A stretch of DNA of 64,000 bases from Myxococcota bacterium (GTDB lineage: Bacteria; Myxococcota_A; UBA9160; UBA4427), in the NCBI GenBank assembly GCA_965250285.1, contig OZ252299.1, positions 1,440,001-1,504,000 of the forward strand, written 5' to 3'. Below the pieces are notes generated by a model, which was not told where the DNA came from, did no database searches, and saw only the letters and a list, made by a program, of their open reading frames with translations. Shown here one piece after another: positions 47,066 through 57,018 of the stretch; within the stretch, counting starts at the first letter, position 1, and the number at the start of each line of letters is the position of its first letter. The translations under genes were made by a program, and so were the position numbers.

Positions 47066-50000
47066 GTGACACCTCGTTCCGAAGTCTGGGATCAGCAGGA
47101 TTCCGACCGGCATGTCACCGGGATGGCTCGCAGCCTCATCGAGGCCCCGGCGAAGGACATCAGCGGCTTCATCCGCGAGGCGATGGAGCGGGCCCGAGGC
47201 TGGGCGGCGGCGGATCGCATCGCGCTCGTCGTCTCGCACCCCGACATCGATGATGTCTCGTTTGCGTCGGCGGGCGGCGACGGGCTCGTCGATGCGTTGA
47301 GTGATCTGCTGCAGCGGGCCGATGGGCCGGGACCGTCGCCGTTCGACGCTCTCATTCGCGACGGGAAGAACGTCGTGGTGCCGAGTCGCGACGCGCTGGG
47401 TGATGCGCAGCTCGAGGAGCGCGCGGCGCTCGAAGCGTCGGGGACCCGGTCACTGGTCGCCGTGCCCGTCCTCGGCCCCGATGGGCGTCGGCTCGGCTGC
47501 CTGGCCCTCGATGCCACGTCGCGAGAGCGCGAGTGGGAGCTCGGTCTGATCGGCCGCGTCCGCATGCTGGCCGAGATCTGGACGAGCATCGTGCAGCGCG
47601 CACACATCGACCTGGCGCTCGAGCGCAGCCAGGTCCGGTTCGAAGCCCTTTCGACCTTCAGCAACGACATCGTCTGCGAGTTCTCGGAGAGCGGCGAGCT
47701 CGTCTTCGTGAGCCCGGCCGTCGAACGCGCGCTCGGCGTACCGGCGGAGCGTGTGCTCGGCCGGGCGTTCCTCGACCTGGTGCACCCCGAGGATCGCGAG
47801 CGCGCCGTCGAGTCGCTTCGATTGCGGCCGAACCTCACCTCCGACTACGTCACGCTGCGGCTACGCCGCAGCGACGGCTCGTATCTCTGGGTCGAGGCCG
47901 ACGCGTCGAGCTTCCCCGATCTCGGTGGGCCACGTCGGATCCTGGCGCTGCTGCGCGACATCTCGCACCGCTATGAGCGACAGGCGCGTCTCGAAGAGCA
48001 ACTCGCGATGGAGCGCGAGGTGACCCGACTCTCCCGTGAGTTCGTGGGGCTGCAATCGGCGAGTCTGGCGGAGGCGTTCCGCAACGCACTCGAGTCGTCG
48101 GCCACGATCGCCGGCTGCGATCAGAGCTACGTCGTGATCACGATGCCCGACCTGAACGCGGGCGAGCCCGAGATGCACGTCTGGACGCGTCCCGGGATCG
48201 AGGCGGCCCCGATCTCGTCCCAGGGCGTCGCGGGCAAGGCGTTTCGTTGGTTCGGGCACAAGCTCGTCCGCGGCGAGGCGATCGTGCTGCCGACCCTCGA
48301 TGCGCTGCCCGAGGAGGCCGCAGCCGAGCGCGAGTCGCTCGAGCGTCGCGGCATCGATTCGTACCTCGGTCTGCCGCTCATGGAGGGGGATCGCACGGTC
48401 GGCGTGCTCGGCTTCGTCACGATGGGTCGGACGGCGCTGTGGAGCGACCATCAGGTCACGATGCTGCGGCTCGTCGCCGAGCTCTTCGGGGCGGTGTTCC
48501 GCCGCGCCCGGAGCGAGGCGCAGGTGCGTGAGCGCGAGGAGCGCTTTCGCGTGCTCGCCGACCAGTCGCCCGACCCGATCATCGAGGTGGCCCGGGACGG
48601 CCGGATCCTCTTCGCGAGTCGGGGCTTTGCCGCGCTGGTCGGTGACCCCGAGGAGGACTGGGTCGGGCGCAACGTGATGGAGTTCGTCGCGAAGAAGGAG
48701 TGGCGCCGGCTGGGCGAGCTGCGTGACACCGGTATCTCGGGGCGCTCGATGCCGCCGGCGGTCTTTCGATGTCACCACGGCGACGGGCGCGACCGGTTTC
48801 TCGAGGCGAGCCTGCGCGCCCTTCAAACGGCGGGCGGCGATCGCCACGCGCTCGCGACCCTGCGCGACGTCACGGCCCGACTCGAGACCGAGCGCACCCT
48901 CGAGCAGCAGCTGCTCCTCGAGCGGCAGATCGCCAACATCTCACGCGACTTCATGACGCGCGATCTCGCGCACTTCGATTCGGATCTGCGCCGAAACATC
49001 TCGGTCGTCGCCGATCTCACGCGCGCCGATCACTGCGCGATCATCTCGTTCGAGACCGGTGAGGGCGGCGGCGCCGAAGTCTTCGAGTGGTTCAACGACG
49101 AGGTGTCCGAGTCGCAGCGCACGCCGATCGACCTCGACCCGGCCGACTTCCCGGTGCTCACCGATGCCCTTCGCCGCGGGGAGACGTTCCACGTCGATCG
49201 CGCCTCCGATCTGCCACGCTCGGCCGAGAAGGAGCGTGCCTCCTTCGAGCGCTACGGCGTGAAGACGTTCCTGGCCGTCCCCTTCATGCGGAACGGGCGC
49301 CTGGAGGGCGTCTTCGTGTTGTCGTCCCTCATCGACGAGGTGGAGTGGAACGAGCAGGACATGGCGATCCTCAGCCTCGCGGGCGACATCCTCCACGGGG
49401 CGCTCGTCCGCCGGCACGGCGCGCGGCGCCTCGAACAGAGTCAGCTCCAGCTGCTCCAGAGCCAGAAGATGGAGGCGGTGGGCACGCTGGCTGGCGGCAT
49501 CGCGCACGACTTCAACAATCAGCTCGCCGTCATGCTCGGCAACGCGCGGTTCGTCCTCGAACGCGCGCGGGAAGGCGACGAAGAGCGCGACGCCCTGCTC
49601 GATCTCGAGCGCGCAGCCGAACACTGCGCACAGCTGACCCGGTCTTTGCTCGCATTCTCGCGCCAGACCGAGCAGGCACCGCGCACACTCGACGTCGCGA
49701 GCTGGCTCGACGACGTCGCCGAGCTCGTGCACCCGCTCCTGCCGTCGAACATTCTCCTCGATCTCGACGTCGCGCCGGGTGTCGCCGCGGTGCACGCCGA
49801 CGAGACCCAGCTGCAGCAGGTCATGGTCAACCTGCTCGTGAACGCCCGCGACGCCATGCCGATGGGCGGGCGCATCGGCGTGCGAGCCGGGGTGCGGACG
49901 CTCGGGCAGAACGAGCGCGATCTGCTCGGCGTCTCGAGCGCCGAGGTGGTCGAGCTGACGGTGAGCGATACCGGGGTCGGCATGTCCGCGGAGGTGAGCG

Positions 50001-50602
50001 CCCGCATCTTCGAACCCTTCTTCACGACGAAGCCGCTGGGGGAGGGCACGGGGCTCGGGCTCGCGACGGTCTACGGCATCGTGCAGCAGTGCGGGGGCAG
50101 CGTCACCGTCGAAAGCCAGGTCGGGAAGGGGACGACGTTCCGCGTCGTCCTGCCCCGCCACGATGTCGCGGCGGCTGTGTCGCAGCGCACCCGCGATCTC
50201 GAACCGCGGCCGAGTCACAGCTTCGATACGGTGCTGCTCGTCGAAGACGAGCCGGCGGTCCGCCGCGTGGTGCGGCGCATGCTCGAGCCGCGCGCCAAAC
50301 GTGTGATCGAAGCCCGCAACGGCGACGAGGCGCTCGAGCTCGTCGGGGATCGTCTCGATCAGATCGACCTCGTCGTGACCGACATGGTGATGCCGCGCAT
50401 GGGCGGCCTCGCCCTCGCGCGCAAGATGGCCGAGCAGCGCCCCGATCTGCCGACGCTCTTCTTGAGCGGGTATCCCGATGACGACCTCGATCTCGAGCTC
50501 GATCCCGGACGGCGTCGGCTCTTTCTTCAGAAGCCGTTCACGCAGCGCGACCTCGAGCAGGCCCTCGAGGCGCTGCTGGCCTCGACCCGGCCCTCGGCAT
50601 AG
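47066..50602 (+). CDS. Cytoplasmic hybrid sensor kinase (GAF-PAS-GAF-PAS-GAF-HisKA-HATPase-REC)
   Basis: AGGIAHDFNN, NLLVNARDAM, FEPFFTTK..GTGLGL and REC VTDMVMP; no TM; GTG start after GGAGG. Confidence 0.93.
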   Translation: MTPRSEVWDQQDSDRHVTGMARSLIEAPAKDISGFIREAMERARGWAAADRIALVVSHPDIDDVSFASAGGDGLVDALSDLLQRADGPGPSPFDALIRDGKNVVVPSRDALGDAQLEERAALEASGTRSLVAVPVLGPDGRRLGCLALDATSREREWELGLIGRVRMLAEIWTSIVQRAHIDLALERSQVRFEALSTFSNDIVCEFSESGELVFVSPAVERALGVPAERVLGRAFLDLVHPEDRERAVESLRLRPNLTSDYVTLRLRRSDGSYLWVEADASSFPDLGGPRRILALLRDISHRYERQARLEEQLAMEREVTRLSREFVGLQSASLAEAFRNALESSATIAGCDQSYVVITMPDLNAGEPEMHVWTRPGIEAAPISSQGVAGKAFRWFGHKLVRGEAIVLPTLDALPEEAAAERESLERRGIDSYLGLPLMEGDRTVGVLGFVTMGRTALWSDHQVTMLRLVAELFGAVFRRARSEAQVREREERFRVLADQSPDPIIEVARDGRILFASRGFAALVGDPEEDWVGRNVMEFVAKKEWRRLGELRDTGISGRSMPPAVFRCHHGDGRDRFLEASLRALQTAGGDRHALATLRDVTARLETERTLEQQLLLERQIANISRDFMTRDLAHFDSDLRRNISVVADLTRADHCAIISFETGEGGGAEVFEWFNDEVSESQRTPIDLDPADFPVLTDALRRGETFHVDRASDLPRSAEKERASFERYGVKTFLAVPFMRNGRLEGVFVLSSLIDEVEWNEQDMAILSLAGDILHGALVRRHGARRLEQSQLQLLQSQKMEAVGTLAGGIAHDFNNQLAVMLGNARFVLERAREGDEERDALLDLERAAEHCAQLTRSLLAFSRQTEQAPRTLDVASWLDDVAELVHPLLPSNILLDLDVAPGVAAVHADETQLQQVMVNLLVNARDAMPMGGRIGVRAGVRTLGQNERDLLGVSSAEVVELTVSDTGVGMSAEVSARIFEPFFTTKPLGEGTGLGLATVYGIVQQCGGSVTVESQVGKGTTFRVVLPRHDVAAAVSQRTRDLEPRPSHSFDTVLLVEDEPAVRRVVRRMLEPRAKRVIEARNGDEALELVGDRLDQIDLVVTDMVMPRMGGLALARKMAEQRPDLPTLFLSGYPDDDLDLELDPGRRRLFLQKPFTQRDLEQALEALLASTRPSA

Positions 50603-50667
50603 CGAGGGGCGGTCGCGGCGACCTCCCACGCTGGCCGGGGCCCCGGGCACGGCGGCTGTACGCCCCG

Positions 50668-52086
50668 TCAGTCGTCGCCGATCTCTCGCCGATGGATCGT
50701 CGCAGCCGCTGCGAACGCGGTTGCGGCGGCGATGGCGCCCAGCGTGTAGCCGCCGAGGTAGGGCTCGGGATCGGTGGCCTCGGCACACAGCGCCGTCAAG
50801 AAACTGATGCCGGCGACGGCGCCCACCGATCCGGCCATGCCGAGGGCCGAGCTCGCGATGCCGAAGTGGCTCGAGGCCACGGCGTTGCCGACCACGGCCT
50901 GGATCGAGGGTTGCGTGAAGCCGAAGCCGACGCCGGCGATCACGAGGCCGAACACGAGCGCCGTCAGTGCTCCGAACGATGAGCGGTCGACGAGCGCTGC
51001 GGCGACGCAGAAGCCGATCATCGATGCGGTGATCAGGCCCGTTCCGATCACGGCCGTGCGACGCTCACCGACTCGCATCGCGACGCGACCCGAAACGGGA
51101 GACGCCAGCGCGAACGCGATCGGCCGGCAGATCACGAAGAGCGAGGTCGTCGTCGCATTGAAGCCGAAGACCTGGATCAGCAGCAGCGGGCTGATGATGA
51201 AACCGCCCATGTAGGCGAAGTTCATGGCGAAGTTCACCACCAGCGGCGAGACGAAGTTGCGCTCGCGAAAGAACGACAGCGGGAGCAGGGGGCTGTCGGC
51301 GCGGCGCTCGACCCGCACGAAGAGCGCGAGCGCGAAGGGCACTGAAGCGAGCGCGATCAGCACGCCGGGGTCGAGGGGCCCCCAGACCGGCGAGCGGTTG
51401 ATGGCGAACGTCAGGCCGAAGGCGGCGATGGCGAGCGTCGCTGCGCCGAGTCGGTCGAGCTTGACCGCCTCGCCGCGCTCACTCTCCTCGAGGACGCGCG
51501 CGGCGTAGACGATCGCCGCGACGCTGAGCACGGCCTGAACGGCAAAGATCGGTCGCCAGCCGACCGAGTCGACGAGCACGCCCCCGACCGCGAGCCCGAG
51601 GACGGGCGCTCCGGCGCTGACGAGGCTGACGTAGCTCATCGCGTGGACGCGCTCGCGCGGCGGGTATGCGTGAAAGAGCAGAGCGGTCGATGCGGGCATC
51701 GTCGCTGTGCCGGCGAGCTGGCCCAACACCCGGAAGCCGATCAGGCTGGCGGCGTCCCAGGCCAGGGTGGTCGCCGCCGCCGCGATGGCCGCGATCGCAA
51801 AGCCGATCAGATACACGCGCCGGTGCCCGTAGACGTCGCCCATGCGGCCGAGCACGGGGAGCGACAGGGCCTGGGCGAGCATCGGGCCCGTCATCACCCA
51901 GGCGATCGTCGCGACGTCGGTGCCGAGGTCGTCGGCGATCGGGCGCAGGCTGACGCCCAGAATCGTGATGGTGAAGGTGCTGGCGAAGATGCCGCCGAGG
52001 CAGGCGGCCAGGACGCGGGAGCGGCGTGCCGCGTCGGCGACGCCGGCCGGCGCGGCGACCGGGTCACGATCGGAGAGGGTGGACAA
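50668..52086 (-). CDS. MFS transporter (DHA2/EmrB-QacA-like)
   Basis: GRMGDVYGHRR, GWRPIF and SPLLPLSFF; many TMs. Confidence 0.92.
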   Translation of the reverse strand: MSTLSDRDPVAAPAGVADAARRSRVLAACLGGIFASTFTITILGVSLRPIADDLGTDVATIAWVMTGPMLAQALSLPVLGRMGDVYGHRRVYLIGFAIAAIAAAATTLAWDAASLIGFRVLGQLAGTATMPASTALLFHAYPPRERVHAMSYVSLVSAGAPVLGLAVGGVLVDSVGWRPIFAVQAVLSVAAIVYAARVLEESERGEAVKLDRLGAATLAIAAFGLTFAINRSPVWGPLDPGVLIALASVPFALALFVRVERRADSPLLPLSFFRERNFVSPLVVNFAMNFAYMGGFIISPLLLIQVFGFNATTTSLFVICRPIAFALASPVSGRVAMRVGERRTAVIGTGLITASMIGFCVAAALVDRSSFGALTALVFGLVIAGVGFGFTQPSIQAVVGNAVASSHFGIASSALGMAGSVGAVAGISFLTALCAEATDPEPYLGGYTLGAIAAATAFAAAATIHRREIGDD

Positions 52087-52446
52087 GAGGCTGCTCGGGG
52101 CGCGTTGAGCGTGGGGACCGGTGGGTCCGGGGCCCCGGGGCGGCGCAGGCTAGTCGAGCGACGGGCGGGGGGCAATCGAGCCGAGCTCGGCCGGTTCGCG
52201 GCCGCGCCGGCCATTCCCGGCAGCTGACCGGCAAGGCGGCGGCAAAACATGCGCTGCGGATCGATTGCGTCGGAATATCGGAAATCTCGGCCGTTTTCGG
52301 CGCCACGTGTGTTTGGAAAGGGCCACATAGACAAAGAGCCGCGCGGGTCCGCCCACGCGAGAGGGCTCCCCCCTCCGGGAGGGGCCTCACCGAGCGGACG
52401 GACCGAGTGGCTCACTGGGAAGGGGCGAGCGCGAGGAGTGCACGCG

Positions 52447-53088
52447 TTGCCCCGCAATTTCGACGCAAAGCTGTCCGATTCGGAAGCGTCGTCCAGCCCC
52501 GGAACGACCCTGACAGGGCTCTCCGACCAGGAGTTGCTCGAGGGCCTTCGTGCGGGCAGCGAACACCACTTCAACACCCTCTACGACCGCTACTTCCAGC
52601 GCATCTATGCGTTCGTCCACTCTCGCATTCGCAATCACGCCGATGCAGAAGAGATCGTGCAAGAGACCTTCGTCACAGTCTTTCGCTCGATCGAGAACTA
52701 CCGTGGCCAGGCATCGCTGCTCTCCTGGATCTTCGGCATCGCGAAGAACCTCGCCAACAACACGATCCGGCGGAGCAAAACCCACGAGGCCAAGCTGGGC
52801 GAAGTGCCGCGCGAGACGATCGGTCCGCGCCCGGGCCTCACATCCGGGACACCCGAAGAGAATCTGCACCTCCGGCGCTTCACCGAGGCGCTGCGCAGCC
52901 AGCTCTCCGGCGTATCCCAGTGGCAGGCCGAGATCTTCGCCATGCGTCACTTCGAGAATCTTTCGATCCCCGAGATCGCGCGCCGCACCGAACGCAGCAG
53001 CGATGCGATCCGGTCGAGCCTCTACCGCGTGAAGCGGATGGTGGTCGAGGCAGCCGAACTCGGCGGCGGGTCGGGAGGTGCAGTGTGA
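52447..53088 (+). CDS. ECF sigma-70 factor
   Basis: DAEEIVQETF, SWIFGIAKN and region 4 LSIPEIA...IRSSLYR; start uncertain (52438 or 52447). Confidence 0.92.
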   Translation: MPRNFDAKLSDSEASSSPGTTLTGLSDQELLEGLRAGSEHHFNTLYDRYFQRIYAFVHSRIRNHADAEEIVQETFVTVFRSIENYRGQASLLSWIFGIAKNLANNTIRRSKTHEAKLGEVPRETIGPRPGLTSGTPEENLHLRRFTEALRSQLSGVSQWQAEIFAMRHFENLSIPEIARRTERSSDAIRSSLYRVKRMVVEAAELGGGSGGAV

Positions 53089-53363
53089 AGCTGCCCAAGC
53101 TCTCTTTGCGGCGTGCCTGGCGATTCGGGCTCGCCCATGATGCCTTCGCGTTTCCCGACGGCCTGAGCCGAGCCGACCTCGAGGCGGCGATCGCCGACCT
53201 GCCCTCGGACGTGCCGGCCGACGAGCTTCTCGAGTTCGTCGAGGCCGAGGGCGAGCACGCGTGCCCCGTGTTCAAGGAGCGCCTGCGCGCGCTGCTGTGG
53301 GGCTGGTCGCGCCACGGCTACCCGACCGCCGCGGCACGTCGGGCCCGCTTCCACCTCAACTGA
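53085..53363 (+). CDS. Small hypothetical protein coupled to the ECF sigma (candidate anti-sigma)
   Basis: GTGA overlap with the sigma stop; GGAGG upstream; 92 aa. Confidence 0.6.
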   Translation: MKLPKLSLRRAWRFGLAHDAFAFPDGLSRADLEAAIADLPSDVPADELLEFVEAEGEHACPVFKERLRALLWGWSRHGYPTAAARRARFHLN

Positions 53364-53519
53364 GGTCGCGCGCTGACGCCGCCGCGCGCGGCGCGTTCTC
53401 GCGTCGCGCGACGATTCCGCTCCGACTGGAATCGCGGCCGCCGGGGGTTCAACCTCACGGCGGTTCTTGCCGATGACCTGCGTGTTCGAGAGGCCCTGTC
53501 GGCCTCACGGAGGACACGC

Positions 53520-54137
53520 ATGTCTCGTTCGACCCCGCTCGATCCCGATCGCGCCGCTGCCGGCGCCGACGAAGCCGCCTCGATCGGCGCGCGATTCAAC
53601 CAGCGCATGGCCGAGGATCTCCTCGAGGCCGCGTTTGCTTCGGCCGGTCACGCCGCCGGTCGACCTCGATCGATCGGCGTGCTGCAGGTTTCGCTGGCCG
53701 ACGGCGGCGAGGCGGGCCATGCGCTCACGCGGGTCGGCCCCGACATCACGCTGCGCATCCGCCAGACGCTGCCGCGCGACGCGCGACTGGTCTTCGTGAA
53801 CGGCACGCACTTCGTCATGGCCCTCCCGGGTGATCCGCTGCTCGAGGCCCTCCTGATCGTCGACCGGGTGCGCGATGCACTCGAGCGTGAGACCTGGCAG
53901 TGCGACGGCGAGGCGTTCGAGCTGGCCTTCGAGGCCGGCGTGTCGACCCAACGGGGGCACGATGAACCGCTCGCTGCCACGCTCGAGGCCGCGCAGCGAT
54001 CGCTCGCCCAGTCGCATCGCCTCGCGATCCGACGCCACACGGCAACGGAACCGGTCGACATCGACGCAAAGGCGGTCGGCGCCCGGCGTGGCTCGGCCAC
54101 GGCGGCGTGGTCGCGATCGCTTCCGACGGAAGGCTGA
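53520..54137 (+). CDS. Degenerate GGDEF-like (nucleotide cyclase fold) protein
   Basis: Pattern IGVLQVSL..D / IRQTLP.DA.LV / NGTHFVMALP / AGVS resembles GGDEF topology without the signature; GGAGG RBS. Confidence 0.55.
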   Translation: MSRSTPLDPDRAAAGADEAASIGARFNQRMAEDLLEAAFASAGHAAGRPRSIGVLQVSLADGGEAGHALTRVGPDITLRIRQTLPRDARLVFVNGTHFVMALPGDPLLEALLIVDRVRDALERETWQCDGEAFELAFEAGVSTQRGHDEPLAATLEAAQRSLAQSHRLAIRRHTATEPVDIDAKAVGARRGSATAAWSRSLPTEG

Positions 54138-54227
54138 ATTCGAGGCGCCCAGCGGGGCGCTAAGCTCGACCTCCGCGACGTGCACCGCTCTGCGGTCGCC
54201 TCAACTCGTCGCCGGGGGAAGGCTTCG

Positions 54228-56324
54228 ATGCATCGTTCGTTGTGGATGGGCGGCGTGCGTTCGCTCTCGCGGGCCCGGCCGGGCGCGCTCGCCTTTGCAT
54301 CGACCGCGGTGCTCGCCTTCGCCGGCGTCGTCGGCTGTGGTGCACCCGACATCGACTACAGCGGACCCGTCGCCGATTGGCCGGCCATCGGCGGCGATCC
54401 CGGCGGTGCAAAATACTCGCCGCTCACGCAGATCACGCCCGAGAACGTCGAGCACCTCGAGGTCGCATGGGTCCACCACCACGGCGACATCTCGGACGGC
54501 AGCGGCGACACGAAGCGGACGTCGTTCAACACCGCGCCCATCGTCGTCGACGATCATCTCTACTTCTGTACCGGCTTCAATCGCGTCTTCGCCCTCGACC
54601 CCGAGACCGGCGAGGAGCGCTGGCGCTTCGACCCGGGGCTGAAGGCCCGAGCGGGCGAGGGCCCGTATCCGCTCACGTGCCGAGGCGTGGCGTTCTGGGA
54701 TGGGCGGAGCGTCGACGACGCGCCGCCCGCAGCCGACGATGCGCCTTCGGCCGTCGACGACGCGCGTTCCGAATCCGACGACGCGCGGGCGTGCGCGACG
54801 CGCATCTTCACCGGCACCCGCGACTCTCAGCTCATCGCCCTCGACGGTCGCACGGGTCTGCCGTGCGCCGACTTCGGGGCGGCGGGGCGGGTCGATCTGC
54901 GCGAGGGCGTCGGCGATGCCGCCGACTGGGAGTACTACCCGACCTCGGCGCCGGCCGTCGTGGGAGACGTCGTCGTCGTGGGCGCGCTCGTCGCCGACAA
55001 CGTGCGGGTCGACGTGCCGAGCGGCGTCGTGCGTGCTTTCGATGCGCGCACCGGCGCGCTGCGCTGGGCCTGGGATCCCGTGCCGCCCGACTGGCCGCAC
55101 CGCGACGCCGACGGCGCACCGATCTACGCCGCGGGCACACCCAACGTCTGGGCGCCGATGTCGGTCGACGAAGCGCGTGGCCTCGTTTTCGTGCCGACGG
55201 GCAACCCGTCCCCCGATCTCTACGGCGGCGCACGCGATGGCATCGACTACTACGGGAGCTCGGTGGTCGCCCTCGAAGGCCAGACGGGAAGGGTGGTCTG
55301 GCACTTCCAGACGGTGCATCACGACGTGTGGGACTACGACGTGGCGTCGCAGCCGACGCTGTTCGAGATCCCGGGCGTGGGCGGCGGACGCCCGGGCGTC
55401 GCTCAGGCCACGAAGATGGGACACGTCTTCCTGCTCGATCGCGAGACCGGCGTGCCGCTGTATCCCGTCGAAGAGCGGCCGGTGCCCCAGGCGGGGGCGG
55501 TGCCGGGCGAGACGCTGTCGCCGACCCAGCCATTCCCCGTTCATCCACCGCCGCTTCATCCCTCGACGCTCACGCCCGACGAAGCCTGGGGCTTCACGCC
55601 ATTCGATCGCGGCGACTGCGCCCAGATCATCGCCGGGCTTCGGAGCGACGGCATCTTCACGCCCCCTTCGCTCGAGGGCTCTGTGCTGTATCCGGGCTCG
55701 GCCGGGGGGGCGAACTGGGGGGGCGTCAGCATCGACCCGGTGCGCAAGCTGCTCTTCGTGAATCAGAGCCGCATGGCGATGATCACGCAGCTGATCCCGC
55801 GCGAAGAAATGGAGGGGCTCGATCCGAGCAGCGTCGTGTATCCCGACGAGCTCTACGCGATGGCGGGCGTGCCCTACGGCGCGAAGCGCGGGCCGCTGCT
55901 GTCGAGCTTTGGGGCGCCGTGCGTGGCGCCGCCGTGGGGGACGCTCACGGCCGTCGATCTCGCGACCGGCGAGATCGCGTGGGAGTCGACGCTCGGAACC
56001 ACCCGCGACCAGGCGCCCTGGCCGCTGTGGTTCGACCGGGGGGCGCCGAACCTCGGCGCCAGTGTCGCGACGGCGACCGGTCTCGTCTTCATCGGCGCGA
56101 CCACCGACAAGTTCATCCGCGCTTTCTCCGCCGAGACCGGCGAAGAGATCTGGCGCGCGCGTCTCCCGTATACCGCGAGCTCGACGCCGGCGACGTATCG
56201 CCTCGGGCCCGACCGCCGGCAGTTTCTGGTCGTGCCTGCGGGCGGGCATGGTTGGTCGGAGCCGGGGGACGCGACGATCGCCTACGCGCTGCCCGAGTCG
56301 CGCGCGTCGGCGGGGGGCCCGTGA
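54228..56324 (+). CDS. PQQ-dependent dehydrogenase (glucose/quinate/shikimate family), probable lipoprotein
   Basis: KYSPLTQITPENV, TCRGV and WHFQTVHHDVWDYD; VVGC lipobox. Confidence 0.93.
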   Translation: MHRSLWMGGVRSLSRARPGALAFASTAVLAFAGVVGCGAPDIDYSGPVADWPAIGGDPGGAKYSPLTQITPENVEHLEVAWVHHHGDISDGSGDTKRTSFNTAPIVVDDHLYFCTGFNRVFALDPETGEERWRFDPGLKARAGEGPYPLTCRGVAFWDGRSVDDAPPAADDAPSAVDDARSESDDARACATRIFTGTRDSQLIALDGRTGLPCADFGAAGRVDLREGVGDAADWEYYPTSAPAVVGDVVVVGALVADNVRVDVPSGVVRAFDARTGALRWAWDPVPPDWPHRDADGAPIYAAGTPNVWAPMSVDEARGLVFVPTGNPSPDLYGGARDGIDYYGSSVVALEGQTGRVVWHFQTVHHDVWDYDVASQPTLFEIPGVGGGRPGVAQATKMGHVFLLDRETGVPLYPVEERPVPQAGAVPGETLSPTQPFPVHPPPLHPSTLTPDEAWGFTPFDRGDCAQIIAGLRSDGIFTPPSLEGSVLYPGSAGGANWGGVSIDPVRKLLFVNQSRMAMITQLIPREEMEGLDPSSVVYPDELYAMAGVPYGAKRGPLLSSFGAPCVAPPWGTLTAVDLATGEIAWESTLGTTRDQAPWPLWFDRGAPNLGASVATATGLVFIGATTDKFIRAFSAETGEEIWRARLPYTASSTPATYRLGPDRRQFLVVPAGGHGWSEPGDATIAYALPESRASAGGP
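54711..54788 (+). repeat. In-frame 21-bp degenerate tandem repeat (xDDAxxx, about 3.7 copies)
   Basis: Encodes VDDAPPA ADDAPSA VDDARSE SDDAR. Confidence 0.8.
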
Positions 56325-56334
56325 CCCGGCGAGA

Positions 56335-57018
56335 TCACGCCTCGCCCGGAGCGGCCGCCGCGAGCCGGTCGAGCGCGCCATCGAGGGGCTCGAGCGGCGC
56401 GTCGATCTCTTCACAGACACCGGCGAGCCAGCCGGGCCGGTTGCGCGCACATACCGCGATCGGTCGCTCGATCGGGGCGAACTGCTCGGCCTGGCGCACG
56501 TACGCCACCGCGTAGTCGACGGGTCGCAGATCGGTGGCCAGCTCGGCGAGCGCGAACGCGTCGGGCGCACCCGAGGCCGCAGGATCGGCATGTACGATGT
56601 GGGGGCTCGATGGCTGGGCGCCGCCCCCCGAGAGCCCGGGGCCATCGCACAGGATCGCACCGTGCACATCGCGCGCCCGGGCGCCGGCAATGAGCAGGGC
56701 GACGTAGGCGCCGAGCCCGCGACCGCAGACCGTGAGTGGGCCGAGGTGGGCCAGCGCCGCGTCGACGTCGCCCATCAGCACCTCGGCCGTGTACCCGCCG
56801 CCATGCGGCACGTCGGATGCGCCGTGTCCGGTGAAGTCGAGGGCGTGGACCGAGCCCGGCCAGCGTTCGAAGACGGCATCGAGCTGGTCGGGGCTTCGCT
56901 CACCGAGCCCATGCAGGAGCAGGAGCGGTCGCGCACCCGGCGTTGCGTCGGCCCGCGCGCTGCGAAGCGCGTGCAGCGCCAGGCGGATCTTCGCGTGTTG
57001 CAGCCAGGCCGTGGCCAT
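56335..57018 (-). CDS. Alpha/beta hydrolase-fold protein lacking the nucleophile Ser
   Basis: LLLLHGLG and ALDFTGHGAS; elbow reads GRGLG; ATG overlaps the upstream stop. Confidence 0.85.
   Translation of the reverse strand: MATAWLQHAKIRLALHALRSARADATPGARPLLLLHGLGERSPDQLDAVFERWPGSVHALDFTGHGASDVPHGGGYTAEVLMGDVDAALAHLGPLTVCGRGLGAYVALLIAGARARDVHGAILCDGPGLSGGGAQPSSPHIVHADPAASGAPDAFALAELATDLRPVDYAVAYVRQAEQFAPIERPIAVCARNRPGWLAGVCEEIDAPLEPLDGALDRLAAAAPGEA

Noticed and set aside
54201..56690. 829-aa minus-strand and 757-aa alternate plus-strand ORFs
   Set aside because: Shadow frames of the PQQ dehydrogenase.
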